Of a stretch of 33,727 nt of DNA, positions 9,988 to 19,190 are shown piece after piece (within the stretch, counting starts at the first letter, position 1; every line of letters starts with the position of its first letter). A program made the translations under genes and the position numbers. The DNA is taken from assembly GCA_040225955.1 (NCBI GenBank), contig JBECUL010000022.1:1-33727 (forward strand), given 5' to 3'. Origin of the DNA: Candidatus Asgardarchaeum abyssi. GTDB lineage: Archaea > Asgardarchaeota > Asgardarchaeia > Asgardarchaeales > Asgardarchaeaceae. The notes under the pieces are model-generated. The model made no database searches, was not told the DNA's origin, and saw only the letters and a list, made by a program, of their open reading frames with translations.

Positions 9988-11664
9988 ATGAATATGCGAA
10001 ACATAGAAAAACTGCTCTCTTCAAATATATTTTTAATATTCTCACGATATGTTATTCTCGGCTTTCTCTTTGTAACAGTTTTGATACCCGCTATATATGT
10101 TTTCTCAGCCGTTATTTTAGAGTGGCCAACTGTATGGGAATGGGTATTTGCCGATCCGATAGCCGGTGATATTCGTTGGGAATTCATAAAAATTACGTTG
10201 ATAAGATCCTTTGAAATAGCATTTATTGTTACAATTATTGATATAATCATTGGACTTCCTATGGGTTTGATTCTTGCTAGATATAATTTTCGTGGGAAAT
10301 CATTTGTTGATACACTAATAGATCTGCCGATGGCTGTTCCAACCAGTGCCTTGGGGTTCAGCATATTCTTGTTTTGGGGGTCATCTGGTGGAATTGCTTT
10401 TATTTTGGGATTGGAGAAAGGGCTATTTTCTCTAGGCCCTATACTTGTTATGTTAGCGCATATAGCATTTACATACCCGTTTATAGTGCGTTCTATAAAA
10501 GCTATAATAGAGTCCGTAGATCTCCAATATGAATATGCCGCAAGAACATTAGGTGCACCTACATTCACTGTGTTTAGAACAATAACTCTTCCATTAATCT
10601 TGGAAGGACTTATTGCTGGTAGCATCCTAGCATTCACCAGATCTTTGGGAGAAACCGGTGCTACATTAATTGTTTCAGGGATATTTGAGACAGCACCTGT
10701 TCTTGTTGTTAAATGGCGACGTCTTTTACAAATACCAGCAGCTGCATTTTTAAGTATGCTTTTAGTTGTAATATCGATTGTGTTGCTAACTCTTGCCAAA
10801 GTTATAACACGCCAGTTTGGAGTACCCTTGAAAAAAATTTGGCTGGGTCCTGAAAAATTTCTAAGTAAAAAGCATGCTCGCCTCTCTAGAGATCTTTTCG
10901 CATTCGGTGTTTTCTTACTTATTATACTAATACCCTCACTTTATACATTTTCATATACAGCAATGTGGTGGAATGGTAGCCCCTACACAGGTCGTGTTGA
11001 ATCAGGTGTTTATTATCAAGTTTTCTTATCTCCTGATAATAAATGGGAAAAATTATGGAATGCATTAATAACTTCTGTTTTGGTAGCATCGATAGTTACT
11101 GTTGTTAACTTAGCATTCGGTTTACCAATGGCTTTTCTCTTAGTAAGAGGTAGATTAGGTAAAATTAAGAATTTACTAGATAGCTTAATAGATATTCCAC
11201 TTGCAATTCCAACAAGTGCCCTTGGATTTAGTGTCTTTCTATTTTGGAATAGAGCTCTTCATATATTTAATACTGGTTTCTGGCTAATTGTGATGGTTCA
11301 TATAGTTTTTACATACCCGTACATGGTCCGTCCACTAATTGCTGTTGTTGAAAGCATTGACATTGAATTGGAAGAAGCTGCTAGAACATTGGGAGCTCCA
11401 CCACTTACTGTTTTTAGAACAGTAACTTTACCTATTATAAGAAAAGGTATTCTCGCAGCGGTTATTATGACATTCACCAGATCTCTCTCAGAAACTGGTG
11501 CTACCATAATTGTGATGGGCATCGAAAGAACAGTTCCAGTATTAATCGTTGACTGGGTTGAAGCTCAAGCGATTCAAGCCGCTAGCTTTGCAAGTGTGTT
11601 ATTAATCCTGATATCTTACATATCTCTATTGCTTGTCCGTTATATCACAAGGGAGCGTGGGTAA
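9988..11664 (+). CDS. ABC transporter permease, two fused ModB/CysT-like domains
   Basis: Two repeats each with DLPMAVPTSALG/DIPLAIPTSALG, EAA loop AARTLGAP..VFRT.TLP and FTRSL.ETGAT. Confidence 0.92.
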   Translation: MNMRNIEKLLSSNIFLIFSRYVILGFLFVTVLIPAIYVFSAVILEWPTVWEWVFADPIAGDIRWEFIKITLIRSFEIAFIVTIIDIIIGLPMGLILARYNFRGKSFVDTLIDLPMAVPTSALGFSIFLFWGSSGGIAFILGLEKGLFSLGPILVMLAHIAFTYPFIVRSIKAIIESVDLQYEYAARTLGAPTFTVFRTITLPLILEGLIAGSILAFTRSLGETGATLIVSGIFETAPVLVVKWRRLLQIPAAAFLSMLLVVISIVLLTLAKVITRQFGVPLKKIWLGPEKFLSKKHARLSRDLFAFGVFLLIILIPSLYTFSYTAMWWNGSPYTGRVESGVYYQVFLSPDNKWEKLWNALITSVLVASIVTVVNLAFGLPMAFLLVRGRLGKIKNLLDSLIDIPLAIPTSALGFSVFLFWNRALHIFNTGFWLIVMVHIVFTYPYMVRPLIAVVESIDIELEEAARTLGAPPLTVFRTVTLPIIRKGILAAVIMTFTRSLSETGATIIVMGIERTVPVLIVDWVEAQAIQAASFASVLLILISYISLLLVRYITRERG

Positions 11665-11666
11665 AT

Positions 11667-12779
11667 ATGCCTAAAATAGTTTTCAAAAATGTAACTAAGC
11701 GATACAGAAATGTTGTTGCGGTTAACAAAATTAGTTTTGAAATTGAGGATGGGGAGTATGTTACTCTACTAGGTCCATCAGGATGCGGAAAAACAACAAC
11801 TCTTAAACTATTAGCAGGTTTAAGAGTACCTGATGAGGGTGAAATATGGATAGATAATCGTATTGTTAATAACGTCCCTCCAGAGGATAGAGACATAGGG
11901 TTTGTCTTCCAACACTTTGCGATTTTTCCCCATATGACAGTATGGGAGAACGTTACTTACAGCCTTAGATTGAAAGGATGGAGCGATGTGAAAATTCAAA
12001 AAGTTGCTTGGGACACTCTAGAAATGGTAAAACTAGCAGATAAAATAGATTTGTATCCTTCTCAATTGAGTGCCCCAGAATTACAAAGAGTTGGTCTAGC
12101 GAGGGCCATTGCCAAAGGTTCTAAAATTCTTTTACTTGATGAACCTCTTTCAATGTTAGACCTGAAGGTTAGGCAAGTCTTTAGACATGAAATACGAAAG
12201 CTTGTAAAGAAGTTAGGATTAACAGCAATTCATGTCACTCATGATCAAGAAGAAGCTATGGCTATAAGTGATAAGATTATTGTTATGAGACGAGGAAAGA
12301 TAGTTCAAATAGGATCACCTCGTGAATTGTACAGAAAACCAAAAACTCTATTTGTAGCTAATTTTATTGGCGAATCTAACTTTTTTGTAGGATATGTTGA
12401 ATCTGTATCAAAGGACTTCTCTACAATAAGAATAAGAGGGGATTATATTTTGAAATCCAGCAGAACAGAATTCTCAAAGGGTGATATGGTAGTTGCTGCT
12501 GTAAGGAAGGAAAAGTTTCACATACTTAGTCATAGCAATCAGTTTTCTTACAGAGAAAACGTCATTACGGGTGAATTAATTTTAAAGAGATCAGTTGGAT
12601 TTTACTCTCGATTGCGCATACGTTTAAGATCTGGTGATATTATTGAAATAAAGGTAAGCACACTTGATGCGCTTAGACTGTCACAAAATAGTAATATAGC
12701 TTTTACGGTAAATCCCGAAGACGTTCTAGTATATCCATACCCAAAGGAGGGGCTAGAGAAGGCCCTTTCGGTTGTTTAG
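11667..12779 (+). CDS. ABC transporter ATP-binding protein (PotA/CysA-like, C-terminal TOBE), degenerate signature
   Basis: Walker A GPSGCGKT, Walker B LLLDEP, H-loop VTHDQEEA; signature reads LSAPE rather than LSGGQ. Confidence 0.93.
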   Translation: MPKIVFKNVTKRYRNVVAVNKISFEIEDGEYVTLLGPSGCGKTTTLKLLAGLRVPDEGEIWIDNRIVNNVPPEDRDIGFVFQHFAIFPHMTVWENVTYSLRLKGWSDVKIQKVAWDTLEMVKLADKIDLYPSQLSAPELQRVGLARAIAKGSKILLLDEPLSMLDLKVRQVFRHEIRKLVKKLGLTAIHVTHDQEEAMAISDKIIVMRRGKIVQIGSPRELYRKPKTLFVANFIGESNFFVGYVESVSKDFSTIRIRGDYILKSSRTEFSKGDMVVAAVRKEKFHILSHSNQFSYRENVITGELILKRSVGFYSRLRIRLRSGDIIEIKVSTLDALRLSQNSNIAFTVNPEDVLVYPYPKEGLEKALSVV

Positions 12780-12790
12780 GTGGTGATATT

Positions 12791-13921
12791 ATGCCAACTA
12801 TTGAGTTTGTTAATGTAACTAAACGGTTCTTAAAAGACAAACTTATCAAAAATCTTAATTTGGTTATTGAAGATGGTAGCTATACGGTGTTATGCGGACC
12901 TACAGGGTCTGGTAAAACAACAATTCTACTCATGATTGCTGGTATTATTAAACCAGATAAAGGAGAAATTTATATAGATGGTGTATTGGTGAATGACATA
13001 CCTCCAGAAGATAGAAATGTAGGAATAGTTTTTGAGACATATGCCCTGTTTCCTCATATGAATGTTATCCGAAATGTTACTTATGGTCCATGGGTAAGAG
13101 GTTATGATTTAGATCTAGCTATTAAAAATGGACGTGAAATTCTTGACATGTTATATCTTTCTGGCTGGGAGAATGCATATCCTCACGAACTAAGTGGTGG
13201 TATGAAACAGAGAGTGGCTTTAGCAAGAGCTATAGCGTCGAATTCTAAGATTCTTTTGCTTGATGAACCTTTGGGTGCTCTCGATGCTAAAATACGTGCT
13301 GAATTGCGTTATGAACTTAGAGAACTTGTTAAAAGCTTAAATCTAACAGCGGTTCATGCAACTCATGATATAGAAGAGGCTATGCTAATTGCGGATAAAA
13401 TAGTTGTTTTGAATAATGGAATTGTAGAACAAGTTGGGACTCCTGAAGAAATATATGGGAATCCAAAATCGATTTTTGTGGCAAATTATGTCACTGAGGG
13501 CAATTTTCTAGAAGGTATAATTAAGTCTGTCGAGAACACGCACTACATCATTGAATTAAGCAATGGAGATATACTGAGAGCAAACAAAAATGGTCAAATG
13601 AGATACAGTATAAATGGTCACGTTGTATGTTTTATTAGATCGGAGGACATTTCTATCAAAAAAATGCTGAAAAATAAGAATATGCAACTAAAATCAAATA
13701 CCTTTGAGGGAAAAATTATTGATATTTCATTTTCTGGCTCGTTTACTCGAATAGAAGTAGCTATAGAAGATTGGGAAAGACCAATTGTTGTCCGTGAATT
13801 GGGAGATGTGATGGATCAATACAATGAGAAGGAAAAAGTTATAATTTGTTTTCCTGATAATAGGATTCAATTATATAAATATCCTTCTGGTAAAAGATTT
13901 GCTGATATCTTTTTAATTTAG
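12791..13921 (+). CDS. ABC transporter ATP-binding protein (PotA/CysA-like)
   Basis: GPTGSGKT, LSGGMKQR, LLLDEP, ATHD motifs. Confidence 0.93.
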   Translation: MPTIEFVNVTKRFLKDKLIKNLNLVIEDGSYTVLCGPTGSGKTTILLMIAGIIKPDKGEIYIDGVLVNDIPPEDRNVGIVFETYALFPHMNVIRNVTYGPWVRGYDLDLAIKNGREILDMLYLSGWENAYPHELSGGMKQRVALARAIASNSKILLLDEPLGALDAKIRAELRYELRELVKSLNLTAVHATHDIEEAMLIADKIVVLNNGIVEQVGTPEEIYGNPKSIFVANYVTEGNFLEGIIKSVENTHYIIELSNGDILRANKNGQMRYSINGHVVCFIRSEDISIKKMLKNKNMQLKSNTFEGKIIDISFSGSFTRIEVAIEDWERPIVVRELGDVMDQYNEKEKVIICFPDNRIQLYKYPSGKRFADIFLI

Positions 13922-13997
13922 ATTTGTAGTTAAGATTTATGCTACCTAATATTTTTAAAAGGAAATCTCTCTTTACATATATGTAGGAGGAAATCAG

Positions 13998-14666
13998 ATG
14001 CCTTCTGAGCTTAAAGGTTGGTTAACTAAGAGAAGAGAGACTAAAGTGATACATCTGCTCGGGAAGCATACAAGTTTTGTCATAGACACTACTAATGAGC
14101 TATTCAATGCTCTAAAAAATCTCAAAGAGAATAAGGTGGGTGCGGCAATTGAATCCATTGAGCGCGTAATTCATTATGAAAAAGAAGCTGACAATTTGGA
14201 TAGACAAATTTCTGCAGAGCTGGCTAAAGGGGAACTTCCTCCAAAGGATCGTGAAGACTTATTTGCGTTAGTTAGACGTGTCGACTTTGTAGCAGATTGG
14301 GCAAAAGATGCAGCAATAAACCTGAAAATCTTGTTGGAGAGAAACTTTAATATTGAGGAGGATGTCTTAAAGTTAGCTCTAAAAATGGCAGATTTGAATA
14401 AAAAATGCGCATTAACTTTAAGAAAGGCCATTGACTACTTATTATCGGATATTGAGAAATCTTTAGAACTAGTTGCAGAGGTGGAAAGGATGGAGCATGA
14501 AATAGATCTTATATACTATGATGCAAAATCACTACTTATCGATCATCCAGGGAATCTTGGTGCAATAATAATTTTGAGAGATATGCTAAATGACATAGAG
14601 AGGTCATCTGATTTAGCAGAAGATGCTAGTGATATGATTAAAGTCATAGCTATTCGTTTTAAGTAA
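13998..14666 (+). CDS. DUF47 / PhoU-like phosphate transport regulator
   Basis: Two helical repeats with EKEAD and EHEID, P.DREDL..L....D..AD motif. Confidence 0.9.
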   Translation: MPSELKGWLTKRRETKVIHLLGKHTSFVIDTTNELFNALKNLKENKVGAAIESIERVIHYEKEADNLDRQISAELAKGELPPKDREDLFALVRRVDFVADWAKDAAINLKILLERNFNIEEDVLKLALKMADLNKKCALTLRKAIDYLLSDIEKSLELVAEVERMEHEIDLIYYDAKSLLIDHPGNLGAIIILRDMLNDIERSSDLAEDASDMIKVIAIRFK

Positions 14667-14807
14667 AATAATAAAAAAGCATAATGTATCTCAATTATGC
14701 TTAAAGATTTTCATATATGTTTACGTTATATTTATTAATAGTAACTTCAACTATAAGAACAACTCTCGTTAAGTAGTTCTAAACTCTCTATGATACATTA
14801 AGGTTAG

Positions 14808-16832
14808 GTGTCTGGCATGCTGATTCCTGTGAAAAAATTGACTATTATTACCTTAACCGATTTTGAAGAAGAACTTCTATGGAACTTAGGTAAGCTTGGA
14901 GCTATTCAACTTAAGAAACCGAATGAAGAGGAGCTCCTTGGCTTCGAGAGCACTTCAAGTGAGGAATCGCGAAGATACGAAGAGCTCCTAGATAGGTTTA
15001 ATAATTTATGTAAGTCACTATGTCCCGATGACTATGAGATTTCCAGGAAAGAATCTGTGTTTCAAGAAAAGGAAAGCTTGATTGATATAGAAAAAGTAAT
15101 ATCAGAGTATGAGAATAAGTTAGCCTACATCACAGCAGAATTAAGTAGAAATGAAGAGAGAATTAAGTCATTAAAATTCATGAAAGAAAAACTTAAATTC
15201 CTAAGAAAATATGATGTGGAATCACAAGAAATAAGTTCACTCACTCATCCATTCTCTACAATGGGTACAATGAATAAAAAACATGCAGAAGAGCTAAAAG
15301 AAAAATTTGCCAGGTACTCTCAAATAATTTTCGTTAGAACCTTTGAGTATGACGAGAGCGAGGCATTCGTTTTTATTACATCCCTTGCCGAGTTAAAATC
15401 ACAAATACAAAAAATTTTAACAAGCTACGGCTTTAAAGAGCTAAAAATACCGCCTGAGATCCCACCAAAAGTAGATGAAGCCTTAAAATGGATAGATGAC
15501 GAAATCAAAAAGTCTGAAATAGAAATTAATAAGTTAAGCAAGCAAAAAGAGCTTTTACGTAACGAGTTTATGAAAAATGCATACACTATAAAAAGCAAAC
15601 TCGTGGCATCTTATAGATTGAGTATGGCACAGGAGCAACTCTTAAGGAGCAAATTTATGATAGCTCTTCAAGGTTGGTTGCCAGAAAATAAGGTAAATAA
15701 AGTCTTGAAATTTTTGGAGGATATGAAAGAACACACCGGTGGAAAAATCCTCTATTCTATTGATGAGCCATCCCATGATGAAAAAGTTCCTACCGTTCAA
15801 AAGAATCCAAAAATGTTTAAGGCTCATGAATCATTAATTAGACAATATGGCTCTCCTGGTCCGCATGAAACAGATCCGACGATAATTGGCGGCATTTTGT
15901 GGACTATAATGTTTGGTTTGATGTTTCCTGACTATGGCGAAGGATTTATAATACTTCTACTAGGTATTATCTTTTCTCATGTTTTGAAAGGAAAGACTGT
16001 AATGGGAGTTCCTGCAAAAAAGCTGGGTAACTTAATGATTGGAATGGGCATCTCTGCAATGTTCTTTGGACTTCTGATAGGTGAGTTTTTCCTTATTGAG
16101 GTGGAGCCTTTATGGCCAGGTCTACCACACGGATGGCTTGAAAATCCTTATTATATCCTCTGGCTAATAAAAATAGCTATTTTCTTCGGGATAGCAGAGA
16201 TAACAATAGGCATGTTGATTAATATTCAACGGAATTTGAAACATGGTCATAAAATAGAAGCTATTCTTGGAGAACATGGTTTAGCCGGTTTGATAGGGTT
16301 CTTTGGCATTGTTATATTAGCATTTTCGTTCATAGGTATTCGCATATTACCTCCATTAACTTTACCTACCCCTATCCTTGGGATTTCTAGGCTACCAGCC
16401 ATTGATTTTCCTGAAGCCGATTTAAATAATCTCTTCAATTTGCAAAGAAATTGGAGTATATTCCTTTCGTTAATATTAATAGCCATTGCAGCGGGGGCCC
16501 TATTATATAAATCTATCATTGAAAAAGAAGGAATAATACTAGGTTTTAGTGTAATCTACGAAACAATACTTTCCTTCATAACAAACATGCTATCGTTTGT
16601 GAGAATAGCGGGGTTTGCTATAGCTCATGCAGCTCTTGCAATGGTGGTCATGAAATTATTAGAATATGACTTAATACTGGGTGTAGGTATGGGCCTTATA
16701 TTTCTTAATGCTTTTGCTTTAGCACTTGAACTAATGGTAGTTATTATTCAAGCAACACGTTTGCTTTTCTACGAGTTTCTAACGAAGTTCTATGAAGGAT
16801 CAGGAGAAATGTTTAAACCGTTCAAGCTTTAA
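14808..16832 (+). CDS. atpI: A/V-type ATPase subunit I (a)
   Basis: Soluble N-half, LQGWLP, YGSP...ETDPT, FGLMFPD.GEG, LSFVRIAG with essential Arg, RLLFYEFLTKFYEG.G..F.PF. Confidence 0.95.
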   Translation: MSGMLIPVKKLTIITLTDFEEELLWNLGKLGAIQLKKPNEEELLGFESTSSEESRRYEELLDRFNNLCKSLCPDDYEISRKESVFQEKESLIDIEKVISEYENKLAYITAELSRNEERIKSLKFMKEKLKFLRKYDVESQEISSLTHPFSTMGTMNKKHAEELKEKFARYSQIIFVRTFEYDESEAFVFITSLAELKSQIQKILTSYGFKELKIPPEIPPKVDEALKWIDDEIKKSEIEINKLSKQKELLRNEFMKNAYTIKSKLVASYRLSMAQEQLLRSKFMIALQGWLPENKVNKVLKFLEDMKEHTGGKILYSIDEPSHDEKVPTVQKNPKMFKAHESLIRQYGSPGPHETDPTIIGGILWTIMFGLMFPDYGEGFIILLLGIIFSHVLKGKTVMGVPAKKLGNLMIGMGISAMFFGLLIGEFFLIEVEPLWPGLPHGWLENPYYILWLIKIAIFFGIAEITIGMLINIQRNLKHGHKIEAILGEHGLAGLIGFFGIVILAFSFIGIRILPPLTLPTPILGISRLPAIDFPEADLNNLFNLQRNWSIFLSLILIAIAAGALLYKSIIEKEGIILGFSVIYETILSFITNMLSFVRIAGFAIAHAALAMVVMKLLEYDLILGVGMGLIFLNAFALALELMVVIIQATRLLFYEFLTKFYEGSGEMFKPFKL

Positions 16833-16979
16833 CTTTCTATTTATTTTAAGTGTTTGTAATAAATTATTTCAGTGCTTCCACACTTATTATCCGTAATGAT
16901 TTAGAAAAATAATGTCCATGGGTGAGATTTGTCTTCTTTTAATTCTTAGTGAGACGAAACTTTGTCATGTATGATTATT

Positions 16980-17288
16980 CAAGCTTCTGAGAATTCCTTC
17001 TAGTGCGCGATATGGCACTCTCATCACGTAGTAGATGATTGCGAGGAAGCGAATTAATGAGTCTGGGTATTTAAATGGGTGCCGCGTTTGTAGCAATTCA
17101 TCTTGTTCAATTCGTCGTTCCAGCTGCTGACGAAATCTAGTTCCAAATAGAGCTCTCCACGCCTGACGAGAAGCTCATTATATTCGCTCCAATCTCTTTC
17201 TTTGGACATTGTGGATCGATAAAGAATACGTATGATGGAAAAAATTTTGTCGGCCGATTCATATAACATTGTTTTAATCAACAAAGCA
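16980..17288 (-). mobile_element. truncated IS5-family element (left end plus frameshifted transposase N-terminus)
   Basis: Left end TGCTTTGTTGA at 17288; ATG 17209 MSKERDWSEYNELLVRRGEL..., frameshift near 17080 into PFKYPDSLIRFLAIIYYVMRVPYRALEGILRSL; no DDE domain or right end. Confidence 0.85.
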
Positions 17289-17296
17289 ACTTTATC

Positions 17297-17438
17297 TGCT
17301 TTGTTGACCAAAACATTGTTATATTGAAGTTATGAAATCGGAATTTAGAGCAAGTTATTATGATATCGCATATAACACATTTATCAGCGATACTATTATA
17401 ACATTACGCAACCATTCATTGAATTGTTCAACAAAGCA
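17297..17438. mobile_element. 142-bp MITE related to the IS5-family element
   Basis: Terminal inverted repeats TGCTTTGTTGA / TCAACAAAGCA; flanking direct repeat ACTTTATC at 17289-17296 and 17439-17446; too short to encode a transposase. Confidence 0.88.
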
Positions 17439-17574
17439 ACTTTATCGCAAAATTTTTAACATAACGATGTAATGTCATCAACACGCGCTTTCGTGAAGCC
17501 CTCATATTTTTCCATAAAATTTAATAGAAAGTATCTGTGTAATTATTTTGTCTCCTTAATAAAACTCGAGGTGT

Positions 17575-17904
17575 GTGAAAATGAACACGAGAACATGTAT
17601 GATGATTAGTTTTTTCTTGGCATATGTATCCCTAGTTTTATCATCCTGTCGGGTATTTGCTTATCAGATGACTGCTGAGGAGGCTACGTTTTATGGTTAT
17701 AAATTCATGACGATGGCCATTGCTGTGGCACTGCCAGCTCTTGCTGCGGCTTTTGCTGTAACTAGAACAGGTACCTCTGCTATTGCAAGTATTACAGAAA
17801 AACCAGAACTTTTTGGTAAAACAGTAATTTTCGTAGGTCTTGCTGAAGGTATTGCTATATATGGTCTACTGGTTGCGTTCTTAATTTGGATTACAGGTGC
17901 TTAA
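17575..17904 (+). CDS. atpK: A/V-type ATPase subunit K (c, proteolipid) with N-terminal signal-like helix
   Basis: Single hairpin with EKPELFGK loop and ion-binding Glu in GLAEGIAIYGL. Confidence 0.93.
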   Translation: MKMNTRTCMMISFFLAYVSLVLSSCRVFAYQMTAEEATFYGYKFMTMAIAVALPALAAAFAVTRTGTSAIASITEKPELFGKTVIFVGLAEGIAIYGLLVAFLIWITGA

Positions 17905-18136
17905 CTGGAGCGGTAAGCCCTTGAGTATGGACTATCGAAAAATAAACAAACAGCTTATGAAAATCTACTTTTTTCTTCTTGTTTTGATACAGTTTATTGG
18001 AATATATATTTTCATTTTTTATGTTGAAAAAAATATTCTAACGGTAATATTTTTTGGTCTTCTTCTTGGAGTTTTATGGCCTGTACTATTAGGCTTAGCT
18101 TTAATAAAATATTTCTCGAAAAAAGTAAGAGGGTAA
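17897..18136 (+). CDS. small two-TM membrane protein directly downstream of atpK (alternative start ATG 17927)
   Basis: Two hydrophobic segments bracketed by basic residues; overlaps or abuts the atpK stop and fills the gap to atpC. Confidence 0.6.
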   Translation: MLNWSGKPLSMDYRKINKQLMKIYFFLLVLIQFIGIYIFIFYVEKNILTVIFFGLLLGVLWPVLLGLALIKYFSKKVRG

Positions 18137-18163
18137 TCATAGCAACCCATAAAGAACATAGTC

Positions 18164-19186
18164 TCATTGGATTATAGCATATATTAAATGTGCAATTTTT
18201 TCTTTAGGAGGCACATTAAATTGAGTTGCAATTGTAACAAAGTGCAAATCCCTCATTTCGATCTCTGCTAGAACTACGAAGTAATAAATAAAGGCGATAT
18301 CTATAAATCCCTCTATAATCCCTCTTCTTATATGGCTCCTAATTATTCTATATCCTTCTACCTTGGCTAAGCCATCCTTCCCATCAAGGATTAAACTAAC
18401 AACTTTTTCGTATGGGGCTAAGAGCTCTATGACTTCTTTATTCGATCTAGCAGATATTACGTGTCTTAAAGAGTGTATATTTACTTTGCACGGATATGGT
18501 ATAAATGCGATTTTTATAACCTCTTCAGAATACCTATGTAAGTAACTAGTAGTCGCGTTAAAGACATTTTCTATGTCAACTTCTACACGAACTACGTTCT
18601 CTATGCGTCTTCTACTATTCCTTGGTAGCCTCATCAGCTCTAAGAAAACGTCATCGAAATATTTTTTCTTTAGATAAAACTCCAGTGGGAGAATACTGTC
18701 ATACTTTCTATAAAGTTCTATTACATGCTCTGGTATTTTATAGCCTGTATATTTCATAATTTTAAGTAGTAGTTCCTCAATATTCTTTGCTTCCAGTAAC
18801 TCCTCTATATTGATTCGTAGAAAATAAAATCTAGATATTTTTTCTAAGATTTCGTGAATAGGCGTTTCTGCTTTCTTAAATTTTAGAATATTTATGATAT
18901 TTTCAATATCGAATTTACTAAGGTATGTAGCAATAAAATCTTGAACTCTTTTGGGTGCATCTTTCAAAACTGTTGTTATTCTATCTTCAAAAACCCTATC
19001 GACTATTTTCTTCACGCTAGAAATTGATGGGACTTTTTCTCTTCTAATATACTTTCCATATTCAGTTGGGAAAAGTAGAGTAAGTAAATCTTCAAGATTT
19101 CCAGCAACAGCTAATCCTTTAAGTATGTCTGGTGGAAGAAATTTTGTAATCATGGCGTGCGCTCTTACAATAGGATATTCAGACAT
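18164..19186 (-). CDS. atpC: A/V-type ATPase subunit C (d-like)
   Basis: Y..VRAHAM..K.L, L..T.Y, DIENI..IL, VD..N, E.E.RDL..V pattern; 340 aa; operon context. Confidence 0.88.
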   Translation of the reverse strand: MSEYPIVRAHAMITKFLPPDILKGLAVAGNLEDLLTLLFPTEYGKYIRREKVPSISSVKKIVDRVFEDRITTVLKDAPKRVQDFIATYLSKFDIENIINILKFKKAETPIHEILEKISRFYFLRINIEELLEAKNIEELLLKIMKYTGYKIPEHVIELYRKYDSILPLEFYLKKKYFDDVFLELMRLPRNSRRRIENVVRVEVDIENVFNATTSYLHRYSEEVIKIAFIPYPCKVNIHSLRHVISARSNKEVIELLAPYEKVVSLILDGKDGLAKVEGYRIIRSHIRRGIIEGFIDIAFIYYFVVLAEIEMRDLHFVTIATQFNVPPKEKIAHLIYAIIQ

Positions 19187-19190
19187 AATG

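Noticed and set aside
9960-10799. 279-aa minus-strand ORF
   Set aside because: Antisense shadow of the permease gene with no recognisable motifs.
16959-16966. ACTTTGTC as the second target-duplication copy of the IS remnant
   Set aside because: One mismatch, no adjacent terminal repeat, and likely by chance in AT-rich DNA.
17210-17311. N-terminal extension of the 17054-17311 ORF
   Set aside because: It runs through the IS terminus into the MITE; transposase similarity starts at ATG 17209.
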